Source: Pirellula sp. SH-Sr6A (GTDB lineage Bacteria; Planctomycetota; Planctomycetia; Pirellulales; Pirellulaceae). From it: 32,000 nt of DNA. This document shows, piece by piece, positions 27,044-32,000 of the stretch (its first letter is position 1; every line of letters begins with the position of its first letter). The translations under genes were made by a program, and so were the position numbers. The stretch spans positions 817,988-849,987 of the forward strand of contig NZ_CP011272.1 in NCBI RefSeq assembly GCF_001610875.1, given 5' to 3'. Under the pieces are notes generated by a model, which worked only from the letters and a program-made list of their open reading frames with translations, did no database searches and had not been told where the DNA came from.

Positions 27044-27742
27044 ATGTCACTCCACCTCAGCCAAGACCTCAACGAAGCCCACAACTCGCTCCTTCGACTC
27101 TCCGGCAGCGTAGAAGAGATGATTGGCAAGTCGGTCCAATCGCTCGTCGAACGCCGCGGTTCGCTGGCCGCCGAAGTCATCGAGCACGATAACGAGATCG
27201 ATCGCGTGGAAGTACGCATCGAGGAGGAGTGCCTCAAGATGCTCGCACTACACCAACCGGTTGCGGCCGATCTTCGCCGCATCACGACCATGATGAAGAT
27301 CAACAACGATCTGGAGCGGATTGCCGACTTGGCATGCAATATCGCGCAGCGCGCAGACAGCCTCTGCGCATTTCCCGAATTCCCGATTCCTGCTGGGATC
27401 GAACAAATGGCCTCGATGACGAACTCCATGGTGCGTCGTAGTCTCGACGCATTCGTCAATCGCGATATCGATGCGGCCTATCGAGTCATCCTGGAGGATG
27501 AAAAAGTCGACGCAAAGAATGTCGAAGTGATCGATGTTCTCAACACCTTGATGTCATCCGACAGGGGATTGATCGCGGCAGCGATGCACTGCTTCTCGGC
27601 TTCACGTCACCTGGAACAGATCGCAGACCATGCGGTCAGTATCGCCGAAGACATTATTTACATGGTCAACGGCGTCATCGTCCGTCACCGTCAATTTTCC
27701 ATCCATTCTGGAATCTCCCCGAACTCCGGAAGCGGGTCGTAG
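27044..27742 (+). CDS. phoU: Phosphate signalling complex protein PhoU
   Basis: LSQDLNEAHNSLLRLSGSVEEMIGKSVQSLVER; IEEECLKMLALHQPVAADLRRITTMMKINNDLERIADLACNIAQRA; HLEQIADHAVSIAEDIIYMVNGVIVRH. Confidence 0.95.
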   Translation: MSLHLSQDLNEAHNSLLRLSGSVEEMIGKSVQSLVERRGSLAAEVIEHDNEIDRVEVRIEEECLKMLALHQPVAADLRRITTMMKINNDLERIADLACNIAQRADSLCAFPEFPIPAGIEQMASMTNSMVRRSLDAFVNRDIDAAYRVILEDEKVDAKNVEVIDVLNTLMSSDRGLIAAAMHCFSASRHLEQIADHAVSIAEDIIYMVNGVIVRHRQFSIHSGISPNSGSGS

Positions 27743-27766
27743 CTCCCCCACTCTTTTGGAAGACTT

Positions 27767-28456
27767 ATGCCAAGAACGAAAGTACTGGTTGTTGAAGACG
27801 ATCGAGCTCTCTCCGAAGTTCTTCTCTACAACCTCGACAAAGCTGGCTACGAAGTCTTCAAAGCGTTCGACGGTCGAGATGGATTGAATCAAGCCCAACT
27901 CAGACTCCCAGACGTTATCCTGTTGGACGTGATGCTACCGGTGATCGATGGAGTCGAAGTCTGCCGCAGACTTCGCGCCAATCCCGAAACGGCCAAACTC
28001 AATGTCATCCTGCTAACGGCCAAATCCGAGGAAAGCGATCAACTCATCGGCTTCTCCGTAGGCGCGGATGACTATGTGACCAAACCTTTCAGCGTGCGTG
28101 TCCTTCTCGAACGGATCAAATCGCTGCTGCGTCGCAAATCCCTCGCCCTCCTGGATGACAACGACATCGTCACGCGTCGAGGCATCACGCTCGATCGCCG
28201 CAAATACCGAGCTACTGTGGATGAGCAGCCTGTCGAATTAACGAAAAGCGAATTTCGACTGCTCGACACGTTGATGAGGCAGCCAGGCCGCGCCTTCGAA
28301 CGCTGCGAACTTATCGACTCCGCACTCGGCGAAGACACTCTCGTTTTGGAACGGACCATCGATGTCCACATAAGAGCCATTCGCAAGAAAGTAGGCGAAA
28401 AAGCCAACGCTATCGAGACAGTACGCGGTGTCGGCTATCGATTCCAAGACGACTGA
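27767..28456 (+). CDS. phoB: OmpR/PhoB-family response regulator
   Basis: VLVVEDDRALSEVLLYNLDKAGYEV; PDVILLDVMLPVIDG; VGADDYVTKPFSVRVLLERIKSLLRR; C-terminal winged helix FRLLDTLMRQPGRAFERCELIDSALGEDTLVLERTIDVHIRAIRKKVGEKANAIETVRGVGYRF. Confidence 0.9.
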   Translation: MPRTKVLVVEDDRALSEVLLYNLDKAGYEVFKAFDGRDGLNQAQLRLPDVILLDVMLPVIDGVEVCRRLRANPETAKLNVILLTAKSEESDQLIGFSVGADDYVTKPFSVRVLLERIKSLLRRKSLALLDDNDIVTRRGITLDRRKYRATVDEQPVELTKSEFRLLDTLMRQPGRAFERCELIDSALGEDTLVLERTIDVHIRAIRKKVGEKANAIETVRGVGYRFQDD

Positions 28457-28520
28457 CGTTCGACTGTCGCCCTGGCATGGTCCGCCGTTGAACTCCCTAT
28501 CTTTTGGACGCTGGGTCCTA

Positions 28521-29348
28521 TCAACGCTCCTGCCATGATTCTCGGTAATGCATTTCCAGTTTGGATACCGGGATGCTATTCCCCCACGTCTCCAACTCTC
28601 CAGCCGCGTACGTGCGAAACGTTTTGAGGTTCGCTTCCTGAAGCCATCGTCCCGTATACAAATTCTGAAAAAACTCTCCTCGGGAATCGATATTTCTATT
28701 GCCCTGCACGCTTCGATCATCCAATTGATCGTATGCAAGCTGAATTATCTTCTCGATGTCAGCGATGCGCTCGACGCTGGATCGATTGATCTCCTCGCGG
28801 ATCTGTTTATCGGTCGGTGCAGCGGATTGTTCCCAACGGAATTCGTACGACGTTGTCGCACCCAATACACCGTCGACAATAGCTCGCACGCGAGGATCAG
28901 TACTGACTGCCAAGTGATCCATTTCGTGCTTTATCAAGCGACTTGACCAAGGATCCGGTGGAGAGAAGTCGGACTCAACATGAATAACGTGAGTAATCCG
29001 AAATTTGGGTCGTTGGTACATCACGCGTATGCGTGCCAGCTGAGTCCCTTCCTGCTCTTCCACTTCTACGATCGTATAGGTATACCGATAGCCGATTTGA
29101 AGCTTGAATTCCGTCGCCCCAACTTTATCCTTCTGCAGCAAAAGCGCATCGCTCGCTTGTATGGAAACATTGCCCGCCTGGATCAGTCGAACATACTCTC
29201 CCGGCGCCATGGAAAGCCACTTGGAACGATCGATCGGCGATTGCCCCAACGCGACGCCAGTCACAGCGACCCAACCCCAAAAGAACAACACGCGGCAAAA
29301 TGGGATGCCGTTCAAAAAACGGAGGTGAGGGCGCGCACACGAACTCAT
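28521..29348 (-). CDS. Secreted hypothetical protein with HExxH motif
   Basis: Signal-like segment (FCRVLFFWGWVAVTGVALGQ) and RLIKHEMDHLAVSTDPRVRAIVDG. Start overlaps the purN stop by 4 bp (ATGA). Confidence 0.72.
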   Translation of the reverse strand: MSSCARPHLRFLNGIPFCRVLFFWGWVAVTGVALGQSPIDRSKWLSMAPGEYVRLIQAGNVSIQASDALLLQKDKVGATEFKLQIGYRYTYTIVEVEEQEGTQLARIRVMYQRPKFRITHVIHVESDFSPPDPWSSRLIKHEMDHLAVSTDPRVRAIVDGVLGATTSYEFRWEQSAAPTDKQIREEINRSSVERIADIEKIIQLAYDQLDDRSVQGNRNIDSRGEFFQNLYTGRWLQEANLKTFRTYAAGELETWGNSIPVSKLEMHYRESWQER

Positions 29349-29941
29349 CCGCTATAGCCCCACTTTGTTGCCAAGATCCGTATCGCCTCCGGCAAGGCCT
29401 CGCGTTCTACCCCAAAGACTCGCTTCTGCAACGACTCGGCGGTGTCGTCCTCGAGGACTTCGCATGCCCTCTGGAGCAAAATCGGCCCGTGATCATATTC
29501 ATTATCGACAAAATGCACGGTACATCCTGTGATCCGAACTCCAAAATCGATCGCTGCCTGATGAACCTTCAGCCCATACATACCTTGCCCGCAAAACGAA
29601 GGAATCAAAGATGGATGGATATTGATCACACGATTCTCGAAGTCGGACGGTATCAACACATGCTGCAAATACCCCCCCATCACCACCAACTGGGAACCGC
29701 TTTCTCGAATCGGTGCAAATACTTGTTCGGAATGCTTTTCTGGTGACTGGCCCTTCCGTTTGGATACGACTCGAGCAGGTATCCCTGCGTCGCTAGCAAA
29801 CTTCAATCCCCCAGCATCCGCACGCGAACTGATAACCAGTCGAAACTCGACGGGCAATCGATTCTGTTGTTGCAGATCGATCAAGTTTTTAAGGGTGGTT
29901 CCCCCGCCAGAAATGAGGACAGCAATCGGTAGAGAGGTCAT
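29345..29941 (-). CDS. purN: Phosphoribosylglycinamide formyltransferase
   Basis: IAVLISGGGTTLKNLIDLQQ; VVMGGYLQHVLIPSDFENRVINIHPSLIPSFCGQGMYGLKVHQAAIDFGVRITGCTVHFVDNEYDHGPILLQ. Confidence 0.94.
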   Translation of the reverse strand: MTSLPIAVLISGGGTTLKNLIDLQQQNRLPVEFRLVISSRADAGGLKFASDAGIPARVVSKRKGQSPEKHSEQVFAPIRESGSQLVVMGGYLQHVLIPSDFENRVINIHPSLIPSFCGQGMYGLKVHQAAIDFGVRITGCTVHFVDNEYDHGPILLQRACEVLEDDTAESLQKRVFGVEREALPEAIRILATKWGYSG

Positions 29942-30019
29942 TAGGACTTTGAGTGGAAGTGATAAGTGTTTGGATTCAAACTGCAGGAAAACTTACGAAT
30001 AAGTGAAGTGATGGCGATC

Positions 30020-30631
30020 TCACTGTTCCGCAACGGCTGCGGCAAGGGGACCGTCCAAATCCAAGGGAGGTCCGATCCATTCGATCAAGCCTTGCTTCCC
30101 AACAACAAATGCAACCGGAATGGCAATTTGCCCTGAAGCCATCATATAGTCCGTATCGACGGAGCCATCGGTATCCGATCCGAGATTGTATGCCTTCGCC
30201 ACGTCGCCAAGCCGGAAGGTACGTCCATCCGAACGTTGAATCTCCCGCTCTAAGAAGGGCTTAACGAGCTCAGGTGGTTCGGTCGTGATGCCTATCACGC
30301 GAACCCCCGATGACTGATACTTCGTCTGCAAATCCGCCAGATGGGGAATCGTCTGAAAGCAAGGCCCGCAGGTCGTGGACCAAAACTCTACTACATACAC
30401 CCTTCCCGGTTCGAAAACGGTATCCACCGGCAGTCGCCCCATTCCGTCGGTTAGCCAGTGCTCCACTTGCAATCGAGGTGCACGGCCCCCTACAGCGAGG
30501 AGAGGACGGGCGGGTACCTCGGGCGACGGGACCGGATTGGGCATATGATTGTCACATCCGAGCGTGCAAAATAAACCCACGATACCTATTGCGATTCGAG
30601 AAGGTCTGACGCGTTGCGATGAAACTGTCAT
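30020..30631 (-). CDS. TlpA-like thioredoxin/redoxin-family lipoprotein
   Basis: IVGLFCTLGCDN lipobox-like start; VYVVEFWSTTCGPCFQTIPHLADLQTKYQSSGVRVIGITTEP (CxxC thioredoxin motif); IPVAFVVGKQGLIEWIGP. Confidence 0.88.
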   Translation of the reverse strand: MTVSSQRVRPSRIAIGIVGLFCTLGCDNHMPNPVPSPEVPARPLLAVGGRAPRLQVEHWLTDGMGRLPVDTVFEPGRVYVVEFWSTTCGPCFQTIPHLADLQTKYQSSGVRVIGITTEPPELVKPFLEREIQRSDGRTFRLGDVAKAYNLGSDTDGSVDTDYMMASGQIAIPVAFVVGKQGLIEWIGPPLDLDGPLAAAVAEQ

Positions 30632-30638
30632 ACGGGCA

Positions 30639-32000
30639 CTATCGATACAACAAAAAGGCTTCGCGACGCTTCAAGAACTCGGACATTCCATCCAGGTAAA
30701 TCTTTTCCATCTCTTCCCAATCCTTTCCATCCAGAATCGCTTGCTCCATCGCTTTGTTACCGAGAAGCCGATTCAGACTCTTTGTTTCCCAGTCTTTCGG
30801 GTGCAGTTTTCGGAGCTGAACGGCGATCATCAAGCCCGTTTGGACCGGCTGAAACGCACTTCGATCGATAACATCGATCTGAATGCCTTGGCAGAGCTCT
30901 TTCGCAAATTTGCTGCTGTCCGGGGTAAACTCAACTGGCAAAAAAACGACGCCAGGCAAACCGACGCGATTGAGTTCCGCGGCTAATTCAGATGCTCGCA
31001 TCCAAGGTGCACCGATCCATTCGAACGGTGTATCGGTCCCTCTACCGACAGAGATATTGGTCGTCTCCAACAATCCAATTCCGGGATACAACAACGCTTG
31101 GTTCAAGGAACGCATATTGGGAGAAGGGTTGATCCAAGGAATCCCAGTGGATTCGTAATACATGGACCGTTCCCATCCCTCGCAAGGCACCACCACCAGA
31201 TCCAATTCTAAATTCAATTCCGCTTTCAACATCTTTGCGATTTCGCCCACGGACATGCCATGCCGAACAGGGAGCTTGTGGTACGCGACAAACGATTCCA
31301 GCTTGTCGTCCAACATCGGCCCAGCGACATCGACACCGTTGATCGGATTGGGGCGATCCAGTACGACAAATCGCTTCTTGTTTTCCGAAGCTGCCCGCAT
31401 CGCCTCCCCCATGGTGGAGATGTAAGTATAAAACCTTGCGCCGATGTCTTGAATGTCGAACACAAGAGTATCGACTGACTCGAGCATCGCAGGAGTGGGA
31501 CGCCTCGTCTCACCATACAGACTATAAATCTTCAATCCCGTCGATGCGTCCTGACTGTCACCCACTTTAGAGATGTCGAGTTTTCCCTCGAATCCATGCT
31601 CAGGCGAAAACAAGGAGGCCAATTGAAAATTCTTCGCCTCCGCAAAAAGTTTGACAATGCCCACTTTGCTCCGCGTCCTCGCGGTGTGGTTCGTAATCAA
31701 TCCCACTTTTCGCCCATCTAAGGCGCGAAACCCATCCCGCTCCAAGCAATCGAGGCCGCTCAAGACATGCTGGTCCTTCGAGATCCTAGTCGCGCGAGCC
31801 AAGTCCGATGCAACCACATTGAGCAGTTTTCCTGAAAGCGGATTAACCAGCCCCTTCCCATCCGGATGAACGCGATTGCTTAAGAAAACAAAGAACAGGT
31901 CTTGGGCTGGATCAATCCAAAGTACTGTACCCGTGAAACCACCATGACCAATCGCATCCGAACTCAGCAGATTCCCCTTGTTCGTCGAGAATCCCGTCTG
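30639..32000 (-). CDS. Fusion of serine hydrolase (beta-lactamase-like) C-terminus with DUF1343/NamZ-like domain (runs off window edge)
   Basis: The frame is open from 31817 to 32000. It reads QTGFSTNKGNLLSSDAIGHGGFTGTVLWIDPAQDLFFVFLSNRVHPDGKGLVNPLSGKLLNVVASDLARA, typical of a class C/esterase-type serine hydrolase C-terminus. It continues into VLSGLDCLERDGFRALDGRKVGLITNHTARTR...SLFSPEHGFEGKLD...YSLYGETRRPTPAMLESVDTLVFDIQDIGARFYTYISTM (DUF1343). Confidence 0.88.
   Translation of the reverse strand, partial: QTGFSTNKGNLLSSDAIGHGGFTGTVLWIDPAQDLFFVFLSNRVHPDGKGLVNPLSGKLLNVVASDLARATRISKDQHVLSGLDCLERDGFRALDGRKVGLITNHTARTRSKVGIVKLFAEAKNFQLASLFSPEHGFEGKLDISKVGDSQDASTGLKIYSLYGETRRPTPAMLESVDTLVFDIQDIGARFYTYISTMGEAMRAASENKKRFVVLDRPNPINGVDVAGPMLDDKLESFVAYHKLPVRHGMSVGEIAKMLKAELNLELDLVVVPCEGWERSMYYESTGIPWINPSPNMRSLNQALLYPGIGLLETTNISVGRGTDTPFEWIGAPWMRASELAAELNRVGLPGVVFLPVEFTPDSSKFAKELCQGIQIDVIDRSAFQPVQTGLMIAVQLRKLHPKDWETKSLNRLLGNKAMEQAILDGKDWEEMEKIYLDGMSEFLKRREAFLLYR

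Noticed and set aside
1-32000. Defence island, prophage, transposon, integron or biosynthetic gene cluster
   Set aside because: No nuclease, helicase, toxin-antitoxin, integrase, transposase or phage genes and no terminal repeats were recognised. Genes are housekeeping or envelope related.

Overview
This looks like core chromosome from a planctomycete, probably Pirellulaceae-like. That placement is inferred from the DUF1559 prepilin-type protein, the DUF4114 protein, the large secreted/envelope proteins, the DUF447 protein and the overall gene style. The window is densely coding. From left to right it contains: the N-terminus of a TadE-like protein, a DUF4114-like secreted protein, a DUF1559 protein and a PlsC-type acyltransferase. 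Next comes a minus-strand envelope module: a cysteine-free FmdB-like protein, a Pro/Ser/Thr-repeat coiled-coil protein, an 800-aa membrane protein and a TIM-barrel-like secreted protein. Then a sugar phosphate epimerase-like protein, a small secreted protein, a glucose-1-phosphate cytidylyltransferase, a PIG-L deacetylase, a lipoprotein, a PgpH-type 7TM-HD protein, PhoH, CdsA, YchF, LysS, a degenerate receiver, SRP RNA, a PaaK-like ligase, a DUF447 protein, an Hsp70-family protein, PhoU, a PhoB-like regulator, an HExxH secreted protein, PurN, a TlpA-like redoxin and a serine hydrolase-DUF1343 (NamZ-like) fusion cut by the window edge. I found no CRISPR array, mobile element, tRNA, rRNA or recognisable defence system. 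The most interesting signal is a three-copy direct repeat of CTTCATC with an 11-bp period and 4-bp AT-rich spacers, about 40 bp upstream of phoU-phoB. It has the architecture of a Pho box with a different half-site sequence. Also notable are an SRP RNA lacking the usual GGAA apical loop, a receiver domain without its phospho-acceptor Asp, and a 9x18-bp in-frame tandem repeat.
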